In this document: in pieces, positions 17,049 through 26,071 of the stretch | Layout: every line of letters begins with the position of its first letter | How positions within the stretch are numbered: position 1 is the stretch's first letter | Assembly (NCBI RefSeq): GCF_019464535.1 | Contig: NZ_CP080507.1 | Coordinates: forward strand, 450,001-482,000 | Length of the DNA: 32,000 nt | Reading direction: 5' to 3' | Source: Horticoccus luteus | GTDB taxonomy: Bacteria > Verrucomicrobiota > Verrucomicrobiia > Opitutales > Opitutaceae | Translations under genes and position numbers: made by a program | Notes under the pieces: model-generated | What the model was told of the DNA's origin: nothing | Databases searched by the model: none | Seen by the model: only the letters and a program-made list of their open reading frames with translations

Positions 17049-18469
17049 ACGGTGTCGAGCGGCAGCATGGGCAGCGCGGGCAGAAAATTGCCCCATTGCC
17101 GCGGGGCGTTGCGCAGGCGGAGCAGTTCTTCCGCGCGGTCGAGTTCACGCATCGGCGCACCGGTGACGTGACGCAGCCGCGCGCGCAAGACGCCAACGAG
17201 CGCGGCCTGATTATCCACGCCGGCCGCACAGAGCAGCGCAGCGTTGGCGGCGAGGCCGCTGGGTTCGTTGACCCACGGTTGGGCGGCGAGGCGGTCCGTT
17301 ACGATCCGGAGTAACGCCGTGTCGGGATAACGCACGAGATGCGTGGCGAGGAGGGTGTAGATTTGCGGCTGCTGGTTCGCGGTGAGGAGCGCGGAAGCTT
17401 CGCGGCGGAGGTCCGCGGTGCGGCCTTGTTGCGCCAGCGCATCCAACGTCAGCGCGACGCGTTCGTCCGGAGATACTTTGGCGCCATAGGTCGCGAGGAG
17501 CGCGAGGGCGCGGTCGCCGTGGCCGGAGCGGATGAGGAAATTGATCTGGTAGTAGCGCGCGTAAGCGCTCGCCTGGTCCGTCAAGGGCGCGGCGAGCACG
17601 TGCGCGGTGGCGTCGGGGTCGCCGCTCAACGCGGCGCTTTCGAGGCGGAGAATGGAGCGGGTTTCCGAGGTGAGTTGCGGCAGGGCGAGGGCGCGGTTGA
17701 GAACGGATGGCTCGCGCAAGCGGCGGGCGGAAAAAATGAGGGCGTGGACCCAGGAAGACGCCGGCTCAGAGGCGGCTTGGAGGCGATTCAAGGCGAGCGC
17801 TGAAAGTTGCACGAAGTCGCCGCGCCAGAGGAGCGCCTGCGCCCAGCGGCGGGCGGTGTCGGAGGCGTCGGCGGGGTTGCTCGCCAAGAGTTGTTGGTAA
17901 ACCCGGTCGGACTGGATCGGGAGACCCGACTGCCAGAGTTGAGCGAGCGCGATACCGGCGTCGTAGTTGCGCGGGTCGAGTTCGTAGGCGAGGCCGAAGG
18001 CGATGCTGGCCTCGCGCACCCGGTTGCCCACCAAGGCGCGTTTGCCCTGCGCCAGAAAGTAGTGGCTGCGCACGACGTGAAAGTTGCTCCACGCGGGCGG
18101 CCAGATGACGGCGGCGTAACTGACGGGATAGCCGATGGCGCGAAAGGCGATGAAGGCCAGCAGCGTGGCGAGCAGGTAAACGCCCGCGAGGACCGCGGCG
18201 TAGTAGGCGACGGCGCGCCGCCAGAAGGGCCGCACATCGGCGGCATCCACGGAGCAGCGCCAGCCGTCGGGCGTGGCGACCAGGAGCGGGCAGACGCGGC
18301 GGAAGCGTTTTTTGTCGTCCCACAGCGAACAGGCTTCGCACGCGGTTTCGCCCGCTTTCCCGGAATCGCTCGGTGCCTGGCAGGGCGATTTTCCGCCGCG
18401 GCGACGGAACCGCGTTTTGCGCCAGTTCAGCGCAAGGAGCTCCCACCAGAATCGAAAAAAATCATGCAT
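16964..18469 (-). CDS. Membrane protein with a Cys-rich cytoplasmic N-terminus and a TPR-like helical-repeat domain (unknown function)
   Basis: 501 aa with an ATG start (MHDFFRFWWELL). Five Cys lie in aa 30-72 (SPCQAP...ETACEACSLW...RRVCPLL...GWRCS). A TM helix follows (AVAYYAAVLAGVYLLATLLAFIAF). The rest is long helical, TPR-like sequence (ASIAFGLAYELDPRNYDAGIALAQLW...). Its last 85 nt overlap the 3' end of the convergent giant gene. Confidence 0.65.
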   Translation of the reverse strand: MHDFFRFWWELLALNWRKTRFRRRGGKSPCQAPSDSGKAGETACEACSLWDDKKRFRRVCPLLVATPDGWRCSVDAADVRPFWRRAVAYYAAVLAGVYLLATLLAFIAFRAIGYPVSYAAVIWPPAWSNFHVVRSHYFLAQGKRALVGNRVREASIAFGLAYELDPRNYDAGIALAQLWQSGLPIQSDRVYQQLLASNPADASDTARRWAQALLWRGDFVQLSALALNRLQAASEPASSWVHALIFSARRLREPSVLNRALALPQLTSETRSILRLESAALSGDPDATAHVLAAPLTDQASAYARYYQINFLIRSGHGDRALALLATYGAKVSPDERVALTLDALAQQGRTADLRREASALLTANQQPQIYTLLATHLVRYPDTALLRIVTDRLAAQPWVNEPSGLAANAALLCAAGVDNQAALVGVLRARLRHVTGAPMRELDRAEELLRLRNAPRQWGNFLPALPMLPLDTVYAFFERDTARNRRQPIQPSTKPMNTAP

Positions 18470-18630
18470 GCCGGTTCAATCAACGAGTCGGCCACACGGA
18501 GAGGCACGACAAATCTCCGCGCTTCGGGGGGAGTCGAGATCGCGCGCGAGGTGGAAGAAGGGTGGCGCTGCGCATGCGGCGGGCGATGGCGGGGAGGCGT
18601 GGGCGTCGTCGGTGGGGAACGCTGCGGAAA

Positions 18631-19938
18631 TCATGCGGCGTCCGCGGGGGCGGAGAAAGCGGCGGCCGGAGGTGGTTTGATCAAGAAGAGCAGAAGCGCG
18701 GCGAGAATCATCGACACGGCGGCGCCTTGGAAGATCACGGTCAACGAGATGTCGCTATCGCGAAGAAGACCGCCGGCGTAGATTGTAGCGCCGCCGACGA
18801 GGCAGGCGAAAAGGTTGAGCAGGCCGTAGCCCGTCGCGCGATAACGCGGGTCGATCACCATGCACAGAATCGGCATCATGTTCGAATCGGTGGAGGCACG
18901 GGCGAAGCCGTAGAGCATCAAGCCGGCGATCGCCACGACGACGAGGGTCGTGTGGCTGGCGAGGTAGATGCCAGGCGCGGCGAGGCAGAGGCCGATGACG
19001 GGGACGAAGATGCGGCCGCGTTCGTTGCGGCGGCTCCAGCGATCGGCCCACACGCCGCCGGCGAGCGCGCCGACAAACGACGTGGCTTGCAAATAGCCAA
19101 ACGCGGTGAAGCCCGCCACGCCTTCACTGAGAGCGAAATGCTCGTTCATATACGTCGGCATCCAGCCGGTGACCGCCCAACCGACGACGCCGAGCAGGCC
19201 CCAGAAGGCGAGCGCGAGCAGGAAGCTGCGGCGCCGGAGCAGGTCGATCATGGCGGCCCAGAAGTGAACGGGCGAAACGACCGTCGCCACCGGCGTGGGG
19301 GCAGCATTGGAAGCGGGTGCGTCGCGCAGCAGCAGAGCGAGGAAGACGCCATAGATCATGCCACCGACGCCGAACCAGTTGAAGGCATTGGACCAGTGGT
19401 AGTGCTCGGCAATCCAGCCGCCGATTCCGCCGAGGCCGGCGCCGGCCATGATGCCGCTCATATGAATACCCGTGGCGAGCGAGCGCGTGGGGCCGCGGTG
19501 GTAGTCGGCGATGAGCGCGAGAGCGGCGGGAATGTAGCAGGCTTCGCTGATGCCCATGAGGGCACGCGTCAGCAGCAGGCTGTGAAAGGTGGTGCAGTGG
19601 CCGGTGCTCCACGTGACCACCGACCAGACGAAGAGACTGCAGACGATCACCCGTGAGCGGCTGAAGCGGTCGGCGAGAAATCCGGCAAACGGACTGAGCA
19701 AGCCGTAAACCCAAAGGAAGGCGGACGTGAGCAGACCGAATTGCGCGTCGGTCATCGGAATCGCGTCGACGAGCGAAAGCCGCATGGTCGTGAGCATGAC
19801 GCGGTCGAGGTAGTTGAGGCAGGCGACGAACCAGAGGAGCGCGACAATGAGCCACGCGCGAGGGGGCAGCGAACGAGGGGAAAGCATGACGAAAGCGTGG
19901 CGACGCTGGGTGGCGTTGCGCGTGACGGCGAGGTCCAT
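18631..19938 (-). CDS. MFS transporter (anion:cation symporter-like)
   Basis: ORF 18631..19956 has a GTG at 19956. ATG candidates are 19938 (MDLAV) and 19887 (MLSPRS), so the start is uncertain. It has 12-TM-like hydropathy. MFS signatures are LNYLDRVML, GLLSPFAGFLADRFSRSRV and LTRALMGISEA. Confidence 0.85.
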   Translation of the reverse strand: MDLAVTRNATQRRHAFVMLSPRSLPPRAWLIVALLWFVACLNYLDRVMLTTMRLSLVDAIPMTDAQFGLLTSAFLWVYGLLSPFAGFLADRFSRSRVIVCSLFVWSVVTWSTGHCTTFHSLLLTRALMGISEACYIPAALALIADYHRGPTRSLATGIHMSGIMAGAGLGGIGGWIAEHYHWSNAFNWFGVGGMIYGVFLALLLRDAPASNAAPTPVATVVSPVHFWAAMIDLLRRRSFLLALAFWGLLGVVGWAVTGWMPTYMNEHFALSEGVAGFTAFGYLQATSFVGALAGGVWADRWSRRNERGRIFVPVIGLCLAAPGIYLASHTTLVVVAIAGLMLYGFARASTDSNMMPILCMVIDPRYRATGYGLLNLFACLVGGATIYAGGLLRDSDISLTVIFQGAAVSMILAALLLFLIKPPPAAAFSAPADAA

Positions 19939-20081
19939 TTCGGCGGAGCAGCCCACGCGGGAGAGATTTGCGTGGACGCTTGCTCACCGGCCGCGTGGCG
20001 CGCGGCGCACAGCGGCGAAGAAACGACGGCACGCGAGAAGCGAGACGCCGGGCGCGCCCGAGCGGCGCGAAGGCGGTAAAA

Positions 20082-21005
20082 TCAAACGCCGTGACGATGA
20101 GCGCGGAGTGCGGCGGCCATGGCGGGCGCGGTGCGGGCCGCGGGAATGCCGCTCCAAATTTCCAGCGCCTTCGCGCCCTGATGAACGAGCATGCCGAGAC
20201 CATTGGCCGTGGGCAGACCGCGGGCCGCCGCCGCGCGCAAGAGAGGCGTTTGCGGAGGATTATAAATCATGTCGAAGACGGCGGCTGGCACGGGCAGCGC
20301 CGAGAGTTCGACGGGCAGGGGATCGTCGACCTGCAGGCCGGCGCTGGTGGCGTTGATCACGAGCGCGTGAGGCGGCAGCGCGGCGAGCGAATCGCCTGAG
20401 GAAATGCCGCGGAGCGGAATTTCGCCCGCGAGCGGCGCGAGGTGCGCGAGCAGCGCATCGAGGTTGGCGCGGGAACGATTCAGGATCGCGAGCGAGGCAC
20501 AGCCGCGCTGCAGACATTCGACGGCGGCACCGCGCGCGGCGCCGCCCGCACCGAGGAGAATGATGGGCGTGCCGGTCAACGTGAGGTCGAGATCTTCGCG
20601 CACGGCGGCGGCGAGTCCATAGCCATCGGTGTTGTGACCGAGCCAGCCGCTGGGCGTTGAGAGGAGCGTGTTGACGGCGGCGATGGGACGAGCGGCGGGA
20701 TCCACCGCCGCGACAAGATCGCACGCCATGATTTTGTGCGGCACGGTGAGGTTGAGGCCGTGAAACTTTTTTTCATGGAGCAGCGCGAGGGCGGCGGGAA
20801 GATCGGCGGGTGGCACCTCGAGTCGCAGGTAATGCCAGTCGCGGAAACGCGGCTCCGTCGCGGCGAGTTCGCGGAGTGCGGCGTGGTGCATGAGCGGGCT
20901 CAGCGAGTGGCGAATCGGATGGCCGAGCACGGCGAGCCACGTGCCGGGCTGCGGCCAGGTGGCGAGGTCGGACAAACGGTAAACGGGATCAGCCGGAGCG
21001 GACAT
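20082..21005 (-). CDS. aroE: Shikimate 5-dehydrogenase
   Basis: ATG at 21005 (MSAPADPVYRL). Signatures are LGHPIRHSLSPLMH, GLNLTVPHK, NTL, GHNTDGYG, LLGAGGAARG and MLVHQGA. Confidence 0.9.
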   Translation of the reverse strand: MSAPADPVYRLSDLATWPQPGTWLAVLGHPIRHSLSPLMHHAALRELAATEPRFRDWHYLRLEVPPADLPAALALLHEKKFHGLNLTVPHKIMACDLVAAVDPAARPIAAVNTLLSTPSGWLGHNTDGYGLAAAVREDLDLTLTGTPIILLGAGGAARGAAVECLQRGCASLAILNRSRANLDALLAHLAPLAGEIPLRGISSGDSLAALPPHALVINATSAGLQVDDPLPVELSALPVPAAVFDMIYNPPQTPLLRAAAARGLPTANGLGMLVHQGAKALEIWSGIPAARTAPAMAAALRAHRHGV

Positions 21006-21130
21006 CGCAGGAGGTTTAGGCGATCGCAGCGGGCCGCGGCGAGGGCGATTTCCCAACGCGAGCCGTGGTGGGGCGGCGTTTTCGTTCGCGCGAATCGAAA
21101 AACTCCGCGCTCAAGCCGCATGCGCCGGCG

Positions 21131-22063
21131 CTACGCCTGCATATTGCGTTCGTAAGTGGAGTCGAACTCGCTGACGAAACTGGCGAAGAGACGGGCATGC
21201 GGCTCGTCGTTGGCGGCGGCGTAATGATGCGCAAGGTTGCGGCAGGCGCGGGTGAGCATTTCGCGGATCGGGGTGGGCGCGAGATCCGTGAGGGTGGGCT
21301 CGATCTGGCGGGAGCGAAGGAGATCGAACACTTCTTCTGCGTCGCGAAACAGGCCGCCATCAAACGCGTCGATAAAGAACGGCGCGCCGTCGTTGAAGCA
21401 ACCGACGACGAAGTGGCCCGGGAGCCCGACCGGTTCGAGATCGAGGTCGAGCCGGTGGGCCACGAGCAGGTAAATCGTGCTGAGGGAAATCGGGATGCCA
21501 CTGCGCCGCGCGAGCACGTGGTCGAGCAGGCTGTTGAGCGGATCGGTGTAGTGTTCGACGTTGCCGTGAAAGCCCCATTCGTGGAAGAGCACGCGGTTGA
21601 GCACGCGGCACTTCTCGCGCGTCGATGAGGGTTCCACGATGAGTTCGCGGCAGCGCGCGGCGATGTCGTCCAACGCCTGACAACAGGCGCCAATGTCAAA
21701 ATCGGGCGAGACGGTGCGAGCCAGGAGGATCGCGCCAGTTTCGAGTTCGTAGTTGAGGGAGCGGATGAACAGCCGGAACTCCGCCACGGGATCGGAGAAT
21801 TTCAGTTCTTCCAAGTAGCGACCCGCATGGCGGGCGAGCGACCGGTCGGCTCCGGCGACGAGCCCGTGGAGAAACGGCGCGGCGAGTGCAGGATTCGCGG
21901 CGAACTCCGTGAGCAGAGCTTGATGGACCGCGGGACTCGGGTCGTCCAAGAGGCCGGCCAACGCGGTCCAACGCGGGTCATGCGGTTGAGCGTTATCCAC
22001 AGCGCACAACGAAAAAGGAAACCGGGCTGGCGCAATCGCAAAGGCGCGCGCAGAAGGAATCAA
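21131..22063 (-). CDS. SirB1-like transglutaminase-superfamily protein (Transglut_core2-type N-domain)
   Basis: 310-aa ORF starting at TTG 22063; the start is uncertain. The core is YTDPLNSLLDHVLARRSGIPISLSTIYLLVAHRLDLDLEPVGLPGHFVV, typical of SirB1/YchA-type proteins. Confidence 0.75.
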   Translation of the reverse strand: MIPSARAFAIAPARFPFSLCAVDNAQPHDPRWTALAGLLDDPSPAVHQALLTEFAANPALAAPFLHGLVAGADRSLARHAGRYLEELKFSDPVAEFRLFIRSLNYELETGAILLARTVSPDFDIGACCQALDDIAARCRELIVEPSSTREKCRVLNRVLFHEWGFHGNVEHYTDPLNSLLDHVLARRSGIPISLSTIYLLVAHRLDLDLEPVGLPGHFVVGCFNDGAPFFIDAFDGGLFRDAEEVFDLLRSRQIEPTLTDLAPTPIREMLTRACRNLAHHYAAANDEPHARLFASFVSEFDSTYERNMQA

Positions 22064-22127
22064 TTAACGTGGTGGCGGCCGACGCGGGCGCGGAGCTGGC
22101 GTGAAGGCGTGTCTAAGTGGACCGGAC

Positions 22128-22832
22128 TCAGACGCGCGGAGGCCGCGCGCCGAAGAGGGCCGTGCCCACGCGGATGAGGGTGCTGCCTTCCGCGATCGCG
22201 AGGGCAAGGTCACCGCTCATGCCCATGGAAAGTTCACGCAATGGAACGCCGAAGCGGGCGGCGAGTTCGTCGCGCAGCGTGCGGAGGCGCGCGAACGTGC
22301 GGCGGGCGATCTCTGGATCATCGGAGAGGGGAGCGATCGTCATGAGCCCGTCGACGCGCAGGCTGCGTTGAGCGAGCGCGGATTCAAGGAGCGCGGGCGC
22401 CTCGGCGACGTCGGCGCCGAATTTCGCGGGATCGTCGCCGGCGTTGATTTGCAGAAGAACGGGGAGTGTGCGGCCGAGTTCGTCTGCGGCGCGGGCGAGG
22501 AGGGGCAGGAGCTTTTCGCGGTCGACGCTTTGCACCCGGTCGAAGTGCGCGGCGGCGAGACGGACCTTGTTGGACTGGAGATGGCCGATGAGTTCCCACG
22601 CGATCGGCGCGGTGCTCAGCGCGCGCTTCTCGATGGCTTCTTGCACGCGATTCTCGCCGACGGCGCGCAGGCCGGCGCGCGCGGCGAATTCCGCGGCGGC
22701 GGCAGGATGGGTTTTCGTGACGGCGAGCAGTTGCACTTCGCCCGGCGTGCGGCGCGCGCGCGCACAGGCGGCGGCGATGTCGGCTTGGACATGAGCGAGG
22801 TTCTGCAGAAAGTCTTCATATCGGAGCATCAT
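22128..22832 (-). CDS. yggS: YggS-family pyridoxal-5'-phosphate homeostasis protein
   Basis: 234 aa. Signatures are LLAVTKTHP (PLP Lys), GENRVQEA, IGHLQSNKV, GLMTIAP and LSMGMSGDLALAIAEGSTLIRVGTALFG. Confidence 0.9.
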   Translation of the reverse strand: MMLRYEDFLQNLAHVQADIAAACARARRTPGEVQLLAVTKTHPAAAAEFAARAGLRAVGENRVQEAIEKRALSTAPIAWELIGHLQSNKVRLAAAHFDRVQSVDREKLLPLLARAADELGRTLPVLLQINAGDDPAKFGADVAEAPALLESALAQRSLRVDGLMTIAPLSDDPEIARRTFARLRTLRDELAARFGVPLRELSMGMSGDLALAIAEGSTLIRVGTALFGARPPRV

Positions 22833-22867
22833 GGATGACAGGTCCTAATAGGTTTGCGCTGGGATTA

Positions 22868-22881
22868 GGAATCTTTATTCC
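22868..22881. promoter_or_regulatory. Small dyad GGAAT-N4-ATTCC in the 69-bp yggS/lysR divergent spacer (candidate LysR-type operator)
   Basis: GGAATCTTTATTCC lies 21 nt upstream of the LysR ATG. It has T-N11-A-style AT-rich dyad symmetry. Support comes from sequence symmetry and position only. Confidence 0.2.
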
Positions 22882-22901
22882 GATGTGGCTAAACCGCGAA
22901 C

Positions 22902-23801
22902 ATGCAGATCGAGAACTTTAAGATTTTCGCCGACTTAGTAGAGACCAAGAGCTTTTCCAAATCGGCGAAGTTGAACGGCATCACGCAATCGGCGGTGAGC
23001 CAGCAGGCGCGGGCGATGGAGCGGCATTTCAAGACGTTGCTGATCGATCGGAGCCAGAAGCAGTTCCAGCTCACGCGGGAGGGGCAGCGGGTTTATGAGG
23101 CGGCGAAGGAGATTCTGCACAATTACGACAAGCTGTTGAGCGAGTTGCAGGAGATGAAAAAGGTGATCAGCGGGACGATCCGGATCTCGACGATCTATTC
23201 GATCGGGCTGCACGAGCTGCCGCCTTATATCAAAAAGTTTTTGCACGATTATCCGTCCGTGAATGTGCGGGTCGAATACCGGCGGTCGAACCTGGTTTAC
23301 GAAGACATTCTGCACAACGCGGTGGACTTCGGCCTGGTGGCGTTTCCGGTGAAGCAGCGGCAGATCGAGATGCTGCCGTTTCGGGATGATCGACTGGTGT
23401 TGATCGCGCATCCGCAGCATCCGCTGGCGCAAGCGGGCGACGTGGAGCTGCGCGACCTCGCGGGACACAAGTTCATCGGTTTCGATCCGGATATTCCGAC
23501 GCGGAAGGCGGTCGACCAAATCTTTCGGGAGAACAAGATCGAGATCGAGCCCGTCATGGAGTTCGACAACATTGAGACGGTGAAGCGAGCGGTGGAAATC
23601 GATCACGGGGTGGCGATCGTGCCGCACGCGACGGTCATCCAGGAGACGAGGCAGGGTTCGCTCGCCGCGATTCAATTCAAGGGCAAGGAGTTCACGCGGC
23701 CGCTGGCGATTTTGCATCGGAAGGGGCGCGTGTTGACGCCGGCGATGCGCAAATTCATCGAAACGCTCGGGCTGGTGCTGACGGAGCCGGTCGTCGCCTG
23801 A
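22902..23801 (+). CDS. LysR-family transcriptional regulator
   Basis: 299 aa. The N-terminal wHTH is FKIFADLVETKSFSKSAKLNGITQSAVSQQARAMERHFKTLLIDRS. The C-terminal substrate-binding domain has typical LTTR length. Confidence 0.9.
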   Translation: MQIENFKIFADLVETKSFSKSAKLNGITQSAVSQQARAMERHFKTLLIDRSQKQFQLTREGQRVYEAAKEILHNYDKLLSELQEMKKVISGTIRISTIYSIGLHELPPYIKKFLHDYPSVNVRVEYRRSNLVYEDILHNAVDFGLVAFPVKQRQIEMLPFRDDRLVLIAHPQHPLAQAGDVELRDLAGHKFIGFDPDIPTRKAVDQIFRENKIEIEPVMEFDNIETVKRAVEIDHGVAIVPHATVIQETRQGSLAAIQFKGKEFTRPLAILHRKGRVLTPAMRKFIETLGLVLTEPVVA

Positions 23802-23861
23802 CGTGCGCGACTTCCGGCCGGGAGGCATTGCGCTTTGGGCGGGGGTTGTTTACCTGCGGGC

Positions 23862-24416
23862 ATGAAGCCATTTTCGACGATCCTGCTGGCGGGTTTTTTG
23901 GTGGGCGGCCTGACCGCGTGCGGCGCGAAGAAAGACCAGCCGGCCAAACCTCATGCGGAGGAGGCCGTGACCGCGGGTGCGAAAAAGGCGGCGGCGGATC
24001 CATCGGCCCCACTCGCCCCGGCGTGGACGTTGAAGGATGTGGACGGGCACGAGGTGACGTCGGCGCAATTCAAAGGCAAGGTGGTCGTGGTGGATTTTTG
24101 GGCGACGTGGTGCGGGCCGTGCCGGAAGGAAATTCCGGGCTACATCGCGTTGCAGAAAAAATACGGCGACAAGGGACTCGCGATCATCGGCGTGTCGCTG
24201 GATCAGGCGGGGCCGGGCGTGGTGAAAAAATTCGTGGCGGATAACAAAGTGAATTACACGATCGTAATGGGCAGCGACGAGGTGGTGGCCGCCTTCGGCG
24301 GCGTGGAAGGTATTCCGACGACGTTTTTGATCGACCGCGACGGACGCATTCGGGACCGCAAAGTAGGCACCGAGGAGACGGCTTCCTACGAGAAGAAGAT
24401 TGCGGCGGTGTTGTAA
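23862..24416 (+). CDS. TlpA-family thiol:disulfide oxidoreductase lipoprotein (thioredoxin fold)
   Basis: ATG at 23862 gives MKPFSTILLAGFLVGGLTAC (lipobox LTAC). The active site is WATWCGPCRKEIP. The motif GIPTTFLIDRDGRI is also present. Confidence 0.85.
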   Translation: MKPFSTILLAGFLVGGLTACGAKKDQPAKPHAEEAVTAGAKKAAADPSAPLAPAWTLKDVDGHEVTSAQFKGKVVVVDFWATWCGPCRKEIPGYIALQKKYGDKGLAIIGVSLDQAGPGVVKKFVADNKVNYTIVMGSDEVVAAFGGVEGIPTTFLIDRDGRIRDRKVGTEETASYEKKIAAVL

Positions 24417-24450
24417 TTGCGGGGCGAGCGCTGGTGCCGAACTTCGCTGC

Positions 24451-24474
24451 GCCGCGCGGGGAGAAACGCGCGGC
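24451..24474. terminator. GC hairpin between convergent tlpA-like and GH3-like genes (weak bidirectional terminator candidate)
   Basis: GCCGCGCG-gggagaaa-CGCGCGGC forms an 8-bp stem with an 8-nt loop. Neither side has a clear U-tract. Confidence 0.25.
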
Positions 24475-24490
24475 AGGGGCCGGCGAGCGG

Positions 24491-26071
24491 TCACTCAGGA
24501 ACGAAGCGGGCGATTTGAGCGAGTTCGTCGGCGACGAGGCGATCGCTGCGGCAGCGGGGCATTTTGCCCAGACCACCCCACTGGCCGTGATGTCGGAGCC
24601 AGCTTTCGAACACGCCCGGCATGAGCAGGCGAACAACGGGATCGAGCAGGTTCACGCCGTGCCGGCGGGCTTTGTAGTCCGCGTTGCGAAGCTGCAATTC
24701 GCGGTCGAGTTCCGTGGCGAGCGCGGGGCCGGTCGGTGTCTTGACGGTGCCGGGCCGCAACTCCAGCCACCACTCATGGCGGCCCCGCGTCTGGCCGGTG
24801 ATCGTCTGACCGAAGAGGGGCGCGACGTGGAAATTAGTGATCGTCCATTGCTGACGCTGGCACACGGCGACGAGGGCGTCGGTGAGATCTTTTTCCACGA
24901 CGTTTTCCCCGAGCGCGTTCAACTGGAGCTGCGTGCGGCCGACATAGACGAGCCGCGGTGGCACGACGGACGTGAAGCGCACGACATCGCCGACCAGGTA
25001 ACGGCAGAGACCGGCGGGCGTGGTGAGAAGGAGAGCGTAATCGACGCCGGTCTGCACGCCGTCGAGCGGCACGGCCTTCTCGCCGAGTTCGGCGAGACGG
25101 TCGGGCTCAAAATCGCGGAGCGGGAGAAATTCGTAGAAGATGCCCGCATCCGTCATCAGGCGGAGACCGGCGTCGGGGGTGGCGTCTTGGGCGGCGATAA
25201 ACGCCTCGGACGCCGCGTAGATTTCATGAAAACGAATCGTGGGTCCCATCGCCGTCCGCAGGTCGTCGGCATAGGGGGCTATCGGCACGCCGCCGTGCAC
25301 GAAACACTCGAGGTTGGGCCAGAGGGATTGCAGCGTTTCGGCCCGCGAGCCGAGTTGGGTGCGCAGGACCTCGGCGAAGACGAGCATCCAACTCGGCAGA
25401 CCGGCGATCAGGGTGAGGTCACACGCGCTGGTGCGTTGGGCGATGGCGTGGAGTTTGGCGGGCCAATCCGCCATTTGGGCGATAGCGGTGCCGGGCTCGT
25501 AGAGGTGGCGTTCGGCCCAGCGGGGCAGGTTGAGGGCGGTGAGGGCGCAGACGTCGCCGGCGCAGGCTTCGAACCCATCGACCGTGGGAAGCGAGACGGC
25601 CCGCGTGGCGCCGCCGAGGTGAAGATGCCGGCCCCGAAACACGCCGGTGTGGCCCACGCGCGCCGTGTAGTAGAGAAGCGAGTTGAGGCCGGCGCGGCGG
25701 AAGTGGGCCAGCATCGCGGCGCTGACGGGCAGGTGTTTCGCGGGGCCGGCGGTGGTGCGCGACGAAACAGCGTAGTGCGTGGTGCGGCCGGGCCAGAGCA
25801 CATCGGCTTCGCCCTGCATCATGCGCGCAATCAGTGGCGCGAAGTACTCATAAGCACGGGGCGCGACCTGGCGGCGGAACGCGCGGTAGTCGCGAGCGTC
25901 GGCGAGGCCGAGGCTCCGGCCGTGGGCCGTCGCGGCGAGGCGGGGGAGCAAGGCGCGAAGGGCGCGTGCTTGCTGGGCGGGACCGCGCGATTTTTGCCGG
26001 AGGCGCCGGGAGGCCCTCACCGTGAGCAGGCTCGCACCGAACGGGAGAAGTTTCGGGAAAAGGTCCGGCAT
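24491..26071 (-). CDS. GH3-family (auxin-responsive GH3-like) adenylate-forming enzyme homolog
   Basis: ORF 24491..26128 starts at GTG; the preferred start is ATG 26071 (MPDLFPKLLPFG). The protein is about 526 aa. Bacterial GH3-like landmarks are YAVSSRTTAGPAKHLP, LHLGGAT, LIAGLPSWMLVF, WPNLECFVHGGV, YAASEAF, FYEFLP and RYLVGDVVRF. Confidence 0.8.
   Translation of the reverse strand: MPDLFPKLLPFGASLLTVRASRRLRQKSRGPAQQARALRALLPRLAATAHGRSLGLADARDYRAFRRQVAPRAYEYFAPLIARMMQGEADVLWPGRTTHYAVSSRTTAGPAKHLPVSAAMLAHFRRAGLNSLLYYTARVGHTGVFRGRHLHLGGATRAVSLPTVDGFEACAGDVCALTALNLPRWAERHLYEPGTAIAQMADWPAKLHAIAQRTSACDLTLIAGLPSWMLVFAEVLRTQLGSRAETLQSLWPNLECFVHGGVPIAPYADDLRTAMGPTIRFHEIYAASEAFIAAQDATPDAGLRLMTDAGIFYEFLPLRDFEPDRLAELGEKAVPLDGVQTGVDYALLLTTPAGLCRYLVGDVVRFTSVVPPRLVYVGRTQLQLNALGENVVEKDLTDALVAVCQRQQWTITNFHVAPLFGQTITGQTRGRHEWWLELRPGTVKTPTGPALATELDRELQLRNADYKARRHGVNLLDPVVRLLMPGVFESWLRHHGQWGGLGKMPRCRSDRLVADELAQIARFVPE

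Noticed and set aside
13623-17096. 390-aa and 567-aa minus-strand ORFs (13623..14795, 15393..17096), plus many 60-150-aa ORFs on both strands inside the giant gene
   Set aside because: They are mirror-image frames of Thr/Gly/Ala codon repeats. The translations are Arg/Ala/Gly-rich with no start context or motifs.
18373-20203. 427-aa plus-strand ORF and 359-aa minus-strand alternative-frame ORF over the MFS gene
   Set aside because: Only the 18631..19956 frame gives 12-TM MFS hydropathy and signatures. The others are Arg/Gly-rich.
21079-21101. Imperfect hairpin TTTTCGTTCGCG/CGCGAAtCGAAAA between the sirB1-like and aroE genes, considered as a terminator or attenuator
   Set aside because: There is no trailing U-tract on the transcribed (minus) strand, and the stem has a bulge and almost no loop. 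This is insufficient to call a function.
22902-23801. Lower G+C of the LysR gene (about 53% in the first 120 nt by hand count) as a sign of horizontal acquisition
   Set aside because: The dip is modest and fades along the gene. It is explained by the Lys/Ile/Phe/Asn-rich wHTH region. No flanking repeats, tRNA or integrase are present.
22935-23828. 297-aa minus-strand ORF covering the whole LysR gene
   Set aside because: It is an antisense frame with an Arg/Leu/His/Gln-rich translation and no motifs. The plus frame is an unmistakable LTTR.
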